Assembly: GCA_946965045.2 (NCBI GenBank)
Contig: OX337235.1
Location: forward strand, 3,038,001-3,102,000
Direction: 5' to 3'
Source: Epithemia pelagica
Lineage: Eukaryota; Protista; Bacillariophyta
Length of the DNA: 64,000 bases
A program made the position numbers and the translations under genes. This document shows positions 43,441 through 54,649 of the stretch, piece by piece (the stretch's first letter is position 1; every line of letters begins with the position of its first letter). The notes under the pieces are model-generated. The model worked only from the letters and a program-made list of their open reading frames with translations, ran no database searches and was not told where the DNA came from.

Positions 43441-44651
43441 ACAACGCAGCACTCTCTTGTATGGCATTCGACCAAAAGTGTCCCTCGTTTTGCGGTCAGC
43501 AACACAAGGGTAACCAAAATTCCCTCGTCACTTGTATGCTCTGCAAAAATGCCGGAAAAGTGACAAACTTAGAGCAGATGATGTGTGTGGGTTGTTTGTA
43601 CAAAGAGAATCGGACACTGTAAAACTATTATGACAACACAACTACTCTATAGATACATTTAATTTGAGTCTCATCGTTTTAGTGTCATTAGAATCAAAAT
43701 CTTCCAGCCGTGTGTCCATGGTCGACAGGATCTATTGATCACGCATAAAGGCAAGGTAGGATGGAGCTCCTCCTTGGAGTACGTTGTATTCCGATACCTA
43801 GCATGCGAGGAGATTTCTACAAAAACCTATACTATCTAGCTAGACATCAATAGTTGGAATAGCTGTTCTTTTGGTTGGCAGCTGTCTCACGGAAGCCAAA
43901 AGTGGCGAGTCTCTCCGTTTGGACCACCATTTCGGTTGCATGGAACGATTTTGGTGTTTGGTTTTAGAACACTTCCAGTTTGCAGTGAGATCGTGCCAAA
44001 TTTGTTGGGTTTGAGAGTTGGTTGCGAGCACCGCCCAATCTTGGCCATTGTCCGGCGGTGGATTGTTTGTTGGGTATGGGGGATATATCCGTCCCTTACA
44101 GTGACATGGGATTTCATCCAGGACTTGGTAGAATAGCCCATCACAACGGACAATGTGAGAGATAAACATCCATCAAACCAAGACTTAAGCTCTAATGTTT
44201 TGTATACAGGAAACAGTCAGGGCAATTCCAATGCAACGGGGAGTCACCCCAAATTTTTTGGCAAAACCAGAACTTGGCACCTTTTTTGCACCACACAAAG
44301 GTTTTTTTTGTTGAGACGCCTCTCCTCTGCTGGCTCTGCTCTTTGCCCTGCTCTCTTGCTGTGCTGTCGACACCTCTTTTTCTTCTCCTCCTTCTTCTTG
44401 CTCGCATCCTGGGAACCATCATTTGAAGTTGGTTGGTTGCCATCTTTTGCTCCCATCTTTGCTGGAGGAAAAATAGTTCTTTTGCCATTTCCAGTCTCGC
44501 TGAAATCATCCGGTAGAGGTGGGTCGTCCGTAACAGTACTTGTTATATACAACAAAACAGCCACCAATAACAACCATCCACAACAACAACCATCCACAAT
44601 AACAACCATCCACAATAACAATAGCAACAACATCAACAACAAATCATCATC

Positions 44652-47600
44652 ATGGCACGAGACAGTGACAGCGATAGTGATGAAGAAACGTCGTCGGGTT
44701 CCGAAGTGAGTGATTCCCTCACAAGCAGTCCGGAAGAAGACGAGTCGGGCAGTGATGACGACGATGATGACGAAGAATCGGGCAGCGACGACGACGATTC
44801 GGAAGAGGAGTCGGAGGAAGAATCGGGAAGTGACGAGGACGAGGACGATGACGAGTCGGAGGAAGATTCCGAAGAGGACTCGGACGAAGACGACGATGAG
44901 TCGGAAGAAGAAGAAGACTCGGAGGATGAAGATGATGATGATGAGTCCGAAGAAGGGTCTGGATCGGAATCTCATACTGGCTCTCAAACAGGCTCGGGTA
45001 CTGGGTCACACACGGGATCTGGTGATGAAGAAGAAGAAAGCGAGTCGCGAGATGAGGAAGAATCCGAGGAAGGATCGGAAGAAGAGGAGGAAGAGGGATC
45101 CGAGGAGGAAGAAGAAGATGAAGAAGATGACGAGGAGGATGATGAAGAAACGGGAGAAGGAGAGGAATCCACATTGGACGAAGAAACGGGAAGTTATTCG
45201 GATAGTGGCGATCCAGCCACGGAAGGAGATGAAGAAGAAGATGATGATGACGAAGAACCCGAAGGATCCGAATCATACGACGACGATGAAGAAACAGCCG
45301 AAGACGACGAGGAGGACGACGAAGAGGGTTCGTACGATGAGGATGAAGAGGGCACAGAGGATTACGACGATGATGAAGAAGAAGAAGATTCCAATGACAA
45401 TCTCAATGCTCATTTCGACAAGGACGTGAATTCTCCTCGTCCGGAAGAACCATCAGTCGACGAGGAGACGGCTTTCCCAATACCAACATCTGGTACTGTG
45501 GCTACCGCTGATTTTGGTAGAGAAGAAGACGACGAGGAAGAAGAAACCGAAGAAGATGACGAAGAAGGCGAGGATGGTCCCAAGCCTGGATTCTTTGGTT
45601 GGCTGGGCAAAGATCAGCAACAACAAGAAGGCCAAGATTTCAACAATAATGGCGATTTCGGGTTTAATGGACAACAACAGAGTGAAGAGTCTCCAGGAGC
45701 GGAAGAAAAGAGAAAAAACGGTTGGTTCAATTTTGCAGGAAAGCAATTTGAAGGCGAAGATCAAGATGAGTACGATGAGGAAACCTTTATGGATGAAGGC
45801 GATGAAGACGACGAAGATGACGAGGACGACGAGGATGACGATGAAGGTATTGAAATGCTCACTGCCATAGAAGAAGGGGAAAACGAAGACGAAGAGACCG
45901 ATACGGATCGTTTTGATGACGAACCGGAAGATTTGGAAGGTAGAACACGGGCATTCTCATCCAGGCGTTCCTCGGAGGCCTCGAGAGCTTCTTCCAAACG
46001 ATCTCGAGGCGCCGGATCCAGTCTTCGGAAGCCGTACGACGACGGCAGTCGTTATGCCGGACAAGAACGGCGCATGACACCCGAAGAAGAATATCAGAGA
46101 TGGCGAAAAGAATGTTGGTGGCTGGCCTGGATCACGGCAACGATTGTGGCAATTATTCTGCTGCTTGGTATTGGAGGTGGTTTTGCTATCGCTGCAGCCG
46201 TTGGTGCCTTTAGTGACGATGAACCAAGCAATCGAACTATCATAAATGAACGAGACGCTACCTTGGAGCCAACCGAAATGAATGAAACTCTCTCTCCGTC
46301 GCCCACTCCCAATGGAACCCCAGCACCCACAATGTCCAGTGCTCCTTCAGAAGCACCGACCGGGAGAGGGTTGCCGGAGGTTGTCAATACGGTTTGTACG
46401 GCCTTTCCAGAAACGTGTAGTTTGATTGGGGATTCACAATCACCACAACGAAAGGCTGCCGATTGGTTGTCCAATGATCCCAATCTCGTGAACCGTCCAG
46501 AATCCGAGATCCTTTCAAGATATGCCATGGCAACCCTCTATTACAGCACCGACGGGGACAATTGGAGAACCAACACCAATTGGCTGAATCTAAACATTCC
46601 CATTTGTCAATGGTACACTACATCCTCTGAACCTTCGGTCTGTGATTCGGATGGCAATTTGATAATATTGGATATGCGTTTCAACAATTTGAATGGACCT
46701 CTTCCTCCCGAAATGGTCCTTCTACCGACACTCGAATACATTCGCATCATTAGTTCTGGATCCAAGCAACTGACGGGTCCATTGCCAGAAGAAATAGGAG
46801 ACCTGGCTTCTCTTACAACTTTGATTCTTACGGGCAATGACATGAGTGGAAACATCCCAACATCTTACAGCGGCTTGTCTCGGCTGGAAACGTTGGATTT
46901 GAGCTACAATGGTTTGTCCGGTGTCCTCTCACCGGAACTGGGGCCCTTCCCGGCTTTGACAGAACTCAACTTGGCTCGCAACAAATTTGAAGGAACGGTC
47001 CCTTCGGCGTTGGTGTCGGATGGCATTAATGTCAATACGGTGCTCGAGTCATTGCTTTTGTTTGAGAATGAGTTTGTGGATGTGCCAAATTCTTTTGCTC
47101 TGTTAGAAAACGCGCACAAGTTGAATTTGAGACAGAATAACTTGACATCCTTTCCTATTTCCATCTTTTCCATGCTGGAATTGGAATATTTGGATTTGAG
47201 TTTCAACATGATTGTGGGTGGTCTACCTGTCGGATTGGCAGCCAATGAAAACCTGCGTGACCTATCGTTGGGGAGCAATCGAATGAATGGTCCCTTGATT
47301 CCGGAGATATTCGCCTTGAATTTAGACATTCGTTTGGATTTGAGTTACAATGATTTCACTGGACCAATCCCCTCAGAGGTTGGGAACATGGTCAACTTGA
47401 CAAGCTTTAGCGTGAATGGCAATGTCGATATCAATGGCGAGCTTCCCGAAGAAATGAGTGGCATGACACAATTGGCAGAAATTCGCATTGACGATACCGA
47501 CATGACGGGTCCCATTCCGGATTCAGTGTGTGCCGCATTTAATGCCTCGGATCCTTCTCCCATTGGCTTTGCCGATTGCGACGATCACGACAATGGCGCG

Positions 47601-47675
47601 CCATGCTTTCAGTGGTGCTGTGCCAATTCGACCTGTACCTGTCGTTATGGGCTTGGTTCACTGATATGCTTCTGA
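44652..47675 (+). CDS. Type II membrane LRR protein (1007 aa), tandem paralog of 39202-43440
   Basis: Acidic N-terminus, TM WLAWITATIVAIILLLGIGGGFAI, LYYSTDGDNW cap, LRRs, ADCDDHDNGAPCFQWCC. Confidence 0.92.
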   Translation: MARDSDSDSDEETSSGSEVSDSLTSSPEEDESGSDDDDDDEESGSDDDDSEEESEEESGSDEDEDDDESEEDSEEDSDEDDDESEEEEDSEDEDDDDESEEGSGSESHTGSQTGSGTGSHTGSGDEEEESESRDEEESEEGSEEEEEEGSEEEEEDEEDDEEDDEETGEGEESTLDEETGSYSDSGDPATEGDEEEDDDDEEPEGSESYDDDEETAEDDEEDDEEGSYDEDEEGTEDYDDDEEEEDSNDNLNAHFDKDVNSPRPEEPSVDEETAFPIPTSGTVATADFGREEDDEEEETEEDDEEGEDGPKPGFFGWLGKDQQQQEGQDFNNNGDFGFNGQQQSEESPGAEEKRKNGWFNFAGKQFEGEDQDEYDEETFMDEGDEDDEDDEDDEDDDEGIEMLTAIEEGENEDEETDTDRFDDEPEDLEGRTRAFSSRRSSEASRASSKRSRGAGSSLRKPYDDGSRYAGQERRMTPEEEYQRWRKECWWLAWITATIVAIILLLGIGGGFAIAAAVGAFSDDEPSNRTIINERDATLEPTEMNETLSPSPTPNGTPAPTMSSAPSEAPTGRGLPEVVNTVCTAFPETCSLIGDSQSPQRKAADWLSNDPNLVNRPESEILSRYAMATLYYSTDGDNWRTNTNWLNLNIPICQWYTTSSEPSVCDSDGNLIILDMRFNNLNGPLPPEMVLLPTLEYIRIISSGSKQLTGPLPEEIGDLASLTTLILTGNDMSGNIPTSYSGLSRLETLDLSYNGLSGVLSPELGPFPALTELNLARNKFEGTVPSALVSDGINVNTVLESLLLFENEFVDVPNSFALLENAHKLNLRQNNLTSFPISIFSMLELEYLDLSFNMIVGGLPVGLAANENLRDLSLGSNRMNGPLIPEIFALNLDIRLDLSYNDFTGPIPSEVGNMVNLTSFSVNGNVDINGELPEEMSGMTQLAEIRIDDTDMTGPIPDSVCAAFNASDPSPIGFADCDDHDNGAPCFQWCCANSTCTCRYGLGSLICF

Positions 47676-47963
47676 ATATAGGAACGTAGGAGCGGGGGAC
47701 CAGAATCGATCGAGAGATGAAACTGATGAAACCATTTACAATTGTTTTCGTTAAAGATTGTTGTACCTCTCAAGACGATCAGCAGTCTATGTACTTTTTA
47801 TTATTCTCTTTGTTCTATTATAAACCCCACAATATAGACGTAACTACTTCTAGTTACAAATTACCCCCGCGGCCGAGCGACCTAGCAGTCATAGTCTTTT
47901 GAGGTGTGACTAGGAGTATTATTTTTTGTGTCAAAATCAAAACCGTCAGTCGAACAGTTATTT

Positions 47964-48110
47964 TGTTTATCCTAGCTTGATACGGGAGTCCCGCCACGAC
48001 TGGGGTCATGGTCATTACCGCATACCCGTTTACTGGAAAGGGGAAAACATATCTTTCGTAGTTGTAATCTCAGTCTTTTAGAAGTTGACTTATACGAAGC
48101 GTATAAGACA
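47964..48110 (+). repeat. 5' LTR (147 bp)
   Basis: TGTTTATCC...GTATAAGACA; differs from the 3' LTR by an 11-bp indel (TATCTTTCGTA) and one T/C substitution. Confidence 0.95.
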
Positions 48111-48125
48111 GTTTATCAGACCCAC
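48111..48125 (+). promoter_or_regulatory. Putative primer-binding site GTTTATCAGACCCAC (half-tRNA type)
   Basis: Directly follows the LTR CA; its reverse complement reads as an anticodon arm G-TGGGT-CT-GAT-AA-AC. Confidence 0.5.
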
Positions 48126-48130
48126 AAGGA

Positions 48131-51100
48131 TTGAAGATGACGATGACAACGAGAGTTAATACTAGGAGTACTACTACGAAAGACAGTAGCGCGGAAGGCG
48201 GAGGTATGGGAAGTAACGGAGGTAGTGGAAGTACGGGAGTTAGTGGAAGCGGAGGCGGAGATCATTCCAGTGCACGAGGAAACAGTACTTCACGAGAAGG
48301 CCGCGGAAGCGAATCCGGAACAGGAGGAACGGGAGAATCAGGAGGGCCTGGCACAGGGGGCGGAGGGCGCGCTGGAACTTCAAGTGGAACCAGCGCCGGG
48401 GGAACAAGCGGCGGAGGTACAGCCGCAGGAGGAGGAAGCGGATCTCGCCGCGAAACTGGAAGAGCCGCGGGAGGAGGACGAAGGGGAGGGAATCCCGGAG
48501 GCGGGGGTGCTCCCGGAGGTGGGGGTGCTCCCGGTGGTGGAGGAGGAGGCGATCCGGGAGCTGGTGGCGCTCCAGGAGGAGGAGGAGGAGATGGCGGCGT
48601 TCCCGGAGGAGGCGGCGCTCCCGGCGGAGGTGGCGCCCCGGGGGGTGGCGATGGAGGAGACGGAGACGGAGGCGGAGGCGCACCGCCGCCTCCAGCACCT
48701 GTACCGGTAACAGCAGTCGGCATGGCACTGCTCGTCTGCGGTGCGAATCCCCAAGAAATACAGGCCCTAGAGGTCACTGAACGGTTGAATACTTTGGCTG
48801 CGCTCGGTCGGCTTAGCTCCGACGACGTCACGCAATTGGTATCCTGACTAGAGAAGCGTGTTCCCCCGAATAACATTAGTATTCCTACAGCTGTCGTCTT
48901 GAACATTCAAGGGCTTTGCTTCTGGGTAGCACGTGCTCGCCGTCAAGGACGCATAATTGTGGCGGGGGATTTCGATCATACCGCACTCTCCGAGGCATTA
49001 GACGCGATGGAAATAAAAGCCGAGAAGAACAGCTCTCCTGAAATTAAACCTTCTGCATTGAAGGAAGACAATTGGGAGGAGTGGAGCCAAGAATTTCCGA
49101 CGTACTTGTCTCATGTACTCGGGAAACAGCAAGCGCCGTTAGACTATGTGATCCGTCCGGACCTAGACCCTACTCATGCTTTCGAATCCCGTCGCGAAGA
49201 AGAGATGTATAGCTACCCGCTAGGTGGCCCGCACTTCCGAGAAGATAACAAGCAAGTCTTTAGGCTCCTTAGCGATCTAGTTAAAGATCAGGCTGCGACC
49301 TGGATACAGCCTTTTGTTGCTTCCCAAGACGGACGTCGTGCATGGCTTGCTCTGGTTGACTATTTTGATGGTGGAGGACAAAAAGAAAAACGGATCACGA
49401 AGGCCGAGGCTGTTCTTACTACGTTATATTATAACAATGAGCGCGTATTCAGCTTCGACGCTTATGCCGCAAAGTTACTCAAGGCTTTTCGCACCCTGGA
49501 AAACACGCCAAACCGTCGCACCCCATCCAACCAAGTAAAAATTCTCATTGACAACATTCGGATCACCTCACCTGAGTTCGCTGTTATTAAAGGACACGTT
49601 CGCATCACCCACCGTTCCGACCTTCACGGCGCGATTTCCTATATCTCGCGTGAAGTATCCGAACTTTTTCCCGACGTTACTGTTCCTTCACGTAACCAAG
49701 GACGCCACCGATTCATCTCGGAAACCACCTCATCCTCGAGACCTCGTAGTTTCCATGGTCTCACCCAAGAAAATGGTGTTTATCATTTCTATGGCGTCGA
49801 CGTCACCGACGTTCAGCGTCGCTTTTCTTCTCAAGAGATGCAGACGCTTGGCCCGGGTGGCCAAGCATACGTGTACCAGGAACGCGAACGCCTTCGCGGT
49901 ACCAACAACTCGGGTCGAGGCTTCGGTGGTCGGGGACGTGGTGGCAGAGGCGGTGGTGGACGGTATTATGGCAGCGGCGGCGGCGGTCGTGGGGGCGGCA
50001 ATAGGGACAATAGGGGCATTTCAGAGATCCAAACGGGCGGTGGTGGTGGTGACTCGGTTATTACCGACATCACTAACGACCAGACACGGGCAACTGGCAC
50101 ACAGGGGCAAGGCCAGACGACGTCAGATGACAGAGGCAGTACCAATGGGAGGCGCTTTGGGGCAGGCGCTTACGGACAACAGGGGAATCAGGGAGAGAAC
50201 CGTAGTCAAGGGGGACAACAAGGGGGAAGAGGGGTTAGCACGGTCACTTGTGGGCCACAGAGACAAATCGGAAAAATAGAAAAAGGTTGGTTGTTAGATC
50301 GAGACGAAAGCCAGACAACCGGACGGAACGAGACGGATACAATGGCCGACACTTGTTGTGCCGGCCGCAATTGGACCCTGGTAGAGACGACGGGAATGGA
50401 GTGTGCCGTCAACGATTTAACAGGCAACCAGGTTCATGGTAGGCACATCCCGGTGGCAACATGTGCGACGGTCATTCGAGAGGCGAAAACTGGAGTGGAA
50501 CTGGTGTTGATTGGTCACCAGATGTTGTGGTTCGGGGAACATTTAGATAAGAGTTTGCTTAATCAGAATCAAATACGGTTCGCCGGTCATACTGTGAAAG
50601 ACGATCCGACACGTGTCAAGGAAGACGGATTCGGCATTTGGGCTGACGGGATTCATATTCCGTTTGAACTGCAAGGTACGACAGTCTATTTCGAGTCCCG
50701 GGCTCCGACGTTCAAGGAGATAGAGGAGTTACCAAGCGTCACGCTTACTAGACAAGAGCTATGGGACCCAAGAAACGTTGATCTCACGCAACATGACGCG
50801 AGTCCGTACATTGAAGCATATGACGCGAGCGCGGCGGGCATCGGACAGGTGTCCCGCATCCTTACACCCGCTGGGATTAGTCAAGAGTTAGCGGCGCTGC
50901 CGAGCATCAAACAAGTTGATACAACGCGACACTCGCAGGTGACCCCAGAAACTATCAGTCGCAAATGGAAAGTTGGGCTCGAAACTGCCCGTGCGACCCT
51001 CCGAGTGACCACCCAACAGGGAATCCGTACGGCGGTCTCCCCTATTACACGAAGATACCGGGTTGACAACCTGGCACTCCACCGCAACCGTCTCGATACT

Positions 51101-51976
51101 CGCCTTTTCACCGACACTCTGTTCTCGAAGACATTATGTTTAAGTGGCAATAAGTGTGCTCAAGTTTTTACTGACGGCCAATACACGGCTGTCTACCCTA
51201 TGGCCTCCAAGTCTCAGGCCGGACACGCGCTAGCACAGTTCATTGATGAAGTCGGAGTTCCAGCCTGCCTTACGGCCGACCTTGCCGGTGAGCAAACTGG
51301 GGCATCTACACTTTTCTCCAAGCTTGTTCGGCACCATCGTATCGACATTAAATGGAGCGAAAAGGGCACAGGCAAGCAAAACCATCGCGCAGAAAGAGAG
51401 ATCGGACTACTCAAAGAACGTTGGCGCCGTCGCATGGCCGATTTGAACGTTCCAAAGCGTCTTTGGGACTATGGCCTCGTATATGAAGCCGGCATCCTCA
51501 ATCGCGTCGCCCGGGGACAAGATGGGCGGACTGGAATTGAGCGACTTGCTGGGGATACGCCTGACATATCCGAATGGCTCGATTTTTCGTTCTTTGATCT
51601 CGTGTGGTTTCACGACAACTCGAAGGGTGATACCACTGACGAACAGCCCTCACTTGGGTACTGGTTGGGAGTTGCCCATCGTATTGGCAGCGACTTGTGT
51701 TATTGGGTCTTAACCAAGTCGGGCAAAGTGATAGCAAGGACAACGGTACAACACGTCACACAGGCCGACATGGATGACCCAAAGATATCCGAAAGGATCA
51801 GGCAATTCAAGTTGATTGTTGCGGAAAGGCTCGATAACAGGAACTTTACGGACCAAGAAACAAAGGGACCGGGATACTTGGAAGATGTCGAGGAGTTGGA
51901 GGAAGAAAGACGGGACACCAGAGGGGAATCATCCCAACTGACGAGGAATATGGGAAGATGGTGCAAGAAGCACTGA
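48131..51976 (+). pseudogene. CoDi gag-protease-integrase; in-frame TGA at 48845-48847, frameshift near 51925
   Basis: Gly/Pro-rich N-terminus, gag (WEEWSQEFPTYLSH...PLDYVIR), protease (ETDTMADTCCAG), integrase (FTDTLF, ADLAGE, NHRAEREIG); ORFs 48131 and 48899 share a frame. Confidence 0.9.
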
Positions 51977-54363
51977 GAGAGGCAGAGGAATACGAAGAGG
52001 GATATGACGAATTCCTAGGGGCAGAGATAAAGATGAACGTGGGAAGTGAGGACGTGATAGGGACTGTGATAAAGCGGCAAAAGGGACTGGACGGAAAGCC
52101 CATCGGCAGGAGGCACAAGAATCCGCTCTTTGACACAAGAACTTACTCGGTTAGGTTCCCTGGGGGTGCAGTACACGAATATACGGCGAACGTTGTGGCC
52201 GAGAATCTGTTTGCCCAAATTGATAGCAAAGGGAAACGCCACGTGATGCTGAAAGAAATCATAGGGCACAAGAAGAACGGGGACGCGGTCAGCCGACAAG
52301 ATGGTTTCACGGTTTCGGCAAATGGGAACAAGCATCCAAAAAGAACGACGAAAGGGTGGGAGATAGCAGTGGAATGGATTGATGGCAACCAGGAGTGGGT
52401 ACCACTGAAAGATATGAAGGAAGGATACGCAATAGAGTTGGCAGAATACGCGGTCGCGCAAGGAATCGAGCAAGAACCCGCTTTCCATTGGTGGGTCCCA
52501 CAAGTACTAAACCATCTGCGTAGAATCGTGAAGAAGGTGAAGAAAAAGTACTGGAGGACGACCAAGAAATACGGGATTCAGCTACCACACTCAGTCGAAG
52601 AAGCCCTAAAGATAGACGAGTTGACGGGGACAACGTACTGGAGGGACGCTATAGAGAAAGAGCTAAAGGTGGTAAACGTGTCCTGGGAGGCCAGGGATGA
52701 TCTTAACTTAGAGGACGTCCGCGCCGGTCGACAACTAATTGGCTACACTGAAATTTCATGCCACATGGTTTTCAGTATCAAGATGGATCTTACTCGGAAA
52801 GCACGCCTGGTGGCGGGAGGACATATGACGGACGCGCCAAGCAGCTTAACCTACTCGAGCGTGGTGAGCCGTGATTCGATCCGGGTGGCATTCCTAATCG
52901 CTGCCTTAAACGAACTCAACGTTCTCGCCTGTGATATTGGCAATGCATATTTGAATGCACCGTGCAGGGAGAAGATATGGTTTCTTGGCGGACCGGAGGT
53001 AGGGAAGGAGTTTCAAGGTCAAGTGTGTGTCATGGTGAGAGCCCTGTATGGGTTAAAGTCTTCAGGGGCTAGTTGGCGGGCCACGCTCATGGCCACGTTG
53101 TACGACATGGGATTTCGTGATACCATGGCGGACCCTTGTGTACTACGACGCAAGAAGAAAAGGAAAAGTGGGGAAGAATACTACGAACTTATACTGGTCT
53201 ACGTAGACGACATTCTCCTGGTGAGTGAGGATCCACACCCGGTATTCGACGAGATAAACAAACACTACAAGATCAAGGCCGGGAGCATAGGTGAGCCAGA
53301 GATATATCTTGGAGCGCAGATTTACAGGCACAACCTACCCGATGGTACTTGGGCCTGGGGAATGAACAGTGAGAAATACGTGAGCAACGCAATGAAGATA
53401 GTGGAAGGCATGCTAGAGGATGATGGGACAGGAATGCACTTGAAGACGATGGCACACGTACCGGTCGTTACAGCTTACAAGCCCGAGTTGGACGTGAGCC
53501 AAGAGTTAGACAAGGACCTTACAGCACGATTTCAACAGTTAGTGGGAATAATCCGGTGGGCCGTGGAGCTCGGTCGAGTGGATATTTACCTTGAGGTGTC
53601 GCTGCTATCACAATATCTCTCAAGCCCACGTCAGGGATACCTGGAGGCCGTGTACCACATCTTTGCATATCTGAAAACACACAAGAAGATGAAGTTAGTA
53701 TTCGATCCAAAGGAGGTGACATTGGACGAGACATGTTTTGCCCAAGTATCCGCGGGAGAATGGCGGGAATTCTACGGGGACGTCGCAGAAGAGGTACCGG
53801 CAAATATGCCAGAGCCACTTGGGAGGCCAGTACAGGTAACATGCTTCGTTGATGCGGATCATGCAGGCAATTTGGTGACGCAGAGGTCACACAGCGGCGT
53901 TCTGATCCTCCTTCAAAACGCACCGATCTTGTGGTACTCTCGACGGCAGAACACTGTGGAAACATCGAGTTTCGGGAGTGAGTTTGTCGCCATGCGAATT
54001 GCAAAAGAAATGATCGTCTCCATACGATACAAGCTGCGGATGTTTGGCGTACCTGTGGTGGGACCAGCGAACTTGCTTTGTGATAACAGGGGTGTCGTCA
54101 AGAACACGAGTCTACCTGCATCGGTACTGTCCAAACGACACAATGCGATCAACTACCACTTTGTGCGCGAGGCTGCGGCAGCTGGTATCTTACGCGTTGG
54201 CAAGGAAGACACGGCCACCAATATTGCTGATTTGTTCACCAAGATGTTACCGCGTGATCGTCGAAATGAGCTCCTGTCTCAGTTTACTTACTCTTCTGCA
54301 TTTGGAAGGTCGGGCCCACCCTCGATTGACTCACGTGTTGTCGGGACTCCGGTTCATCTCTAG
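51958..54363 (+). CDS. CoDi chromo-like domain + reverse transcriptase + RNase H (downstream of the frameshift)
   Basis: KGWEIAVEWIDGNQEWVPL; CDIGNAYLNA, ALYGLKSSG, YVDDIL; FVDADHAG, SEFVA, CDNRGV, NIADLFTK. Confidence 0.92.
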   Translation: MVQEALREAEEYEEGYDEFLGAEIKMNVGSEDVIGTVIKRQKGLDGKPIGRRHKNPLFDTRTYSVRFPGGAVHEYTANVVAENLFAQIDSKGKRHVMLKEIIGHKKNGDAVSRQDGFTVSANGNKHPKRTTKGWEIAVEWIDGNQEWVPLKDMKEGYAIELAEYAVAQGIEQEPAFHWWVPQVLNHLRRIVKKVKKKYWRTTKKYGIQLPHSVEEALKIDELTGTTYWRDAIEKELKVVNVSWEARDDLNLEDVRAGRQLIGYTEISCHMVFSIKMDLTRKARLVAGGHMTDAPSSLTYSSVVSRDSIRVAFLIAALNELNVLACDIGNAYLNAPCREKIWFLGGPEVGKEFQGQVCVMVRALYGLKSSGASWRATLMATLYDMGFRDTMADPCVLRRKKKRKSGEEYYELILVYVDDILLVSEDPHPVFDEINKHYKIKAGSIGEPEIYLGAQIYRHNLPDGTWAWGMNSEKYVSNAMKIVEGMLEDDGTGMHLKTMAHVPVVTAYKPELDVSQELDKDLTARFQQLVGIIRWAVELGRVDIYLEVSLLSQYLSSPRQGYLEAVYHIFAYLKTHKKMKLVFDPKEVTLDETCFAQVSAGEWREFYGDVAEEVPANMPEPLGRPVQVTCFVDADHAGNLVTQRSHSGVLILLQNAPILWYSRRQNTVETSSFGSEFVAMRIAKEMIVSIRYKLRMFGVPVVGPANLLCDNRGVVKNTSLPASVLSKRHNAINYHFVREAAAAGILRVGKEDTATNIADLFTKMLPRDRRNELLSQFTYSSAFGRSGPPSIDSRVVGTPVHL

Positions 54364-54396
54364 GACTGGGTAAGATCCTGCGTCTCTTACGGGGAC

Positions 54397-54532
54397 TGTT
54401 TATCCTAGCTTGATACGGGAGTCCCGCCACGACTGGGGTCATGGTCATTACCGCATACCCGTTTACTGGAAAGGGGAAAACAGCTGTAATCTCAGTCTTT
54501 TAGAAGTTGACTTATACGAAGCGTATAAGACA
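54397..54532 (+). repeat. 3' LTR (136 bp)
   Basis: Direct repeat of 47964-48110; preceded by a short purine run GGGGAC. Confidence 0.95.
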
Positions 54533-54649
54533 ATTTCTATCAAAAGCTAACAACAACGACGACGACGACGACAGTGCGGAGGACATCCCTTACGGTCGCG
54601 TTGGGATCAAACTCTTTACACCATACAACATCAGTCTGAGAATCAAAAA

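Larger units (their letters stand above)
47964..54532 (+). mobile_element. Ty1/copia LTR retrotransposon (CoDi-type), full length, with nonsense and frameshift lesions
   Basis: TG...CA LTRs at both ends, ATTT on both flanks, gag-PR-IN-RT-RH order. Confidence 0.95.

Noticed and set aside
39430-46080. Long alternative-frame and antisense ORFs over the LRR N-termini (e.g. 39566-40726, 40730-41590, 44244-44987, 44710-45429)
   Set aside because: Shadows of GAN/TCN low-complexity codons that lack stops in other frames.
48225-48906. Overlapping Glu-rich (+) and Pro-rich (-) ORFs in CoDi gag
   Set aside because: Expected by-products of a GC-rich Gly/Pro repeat region.
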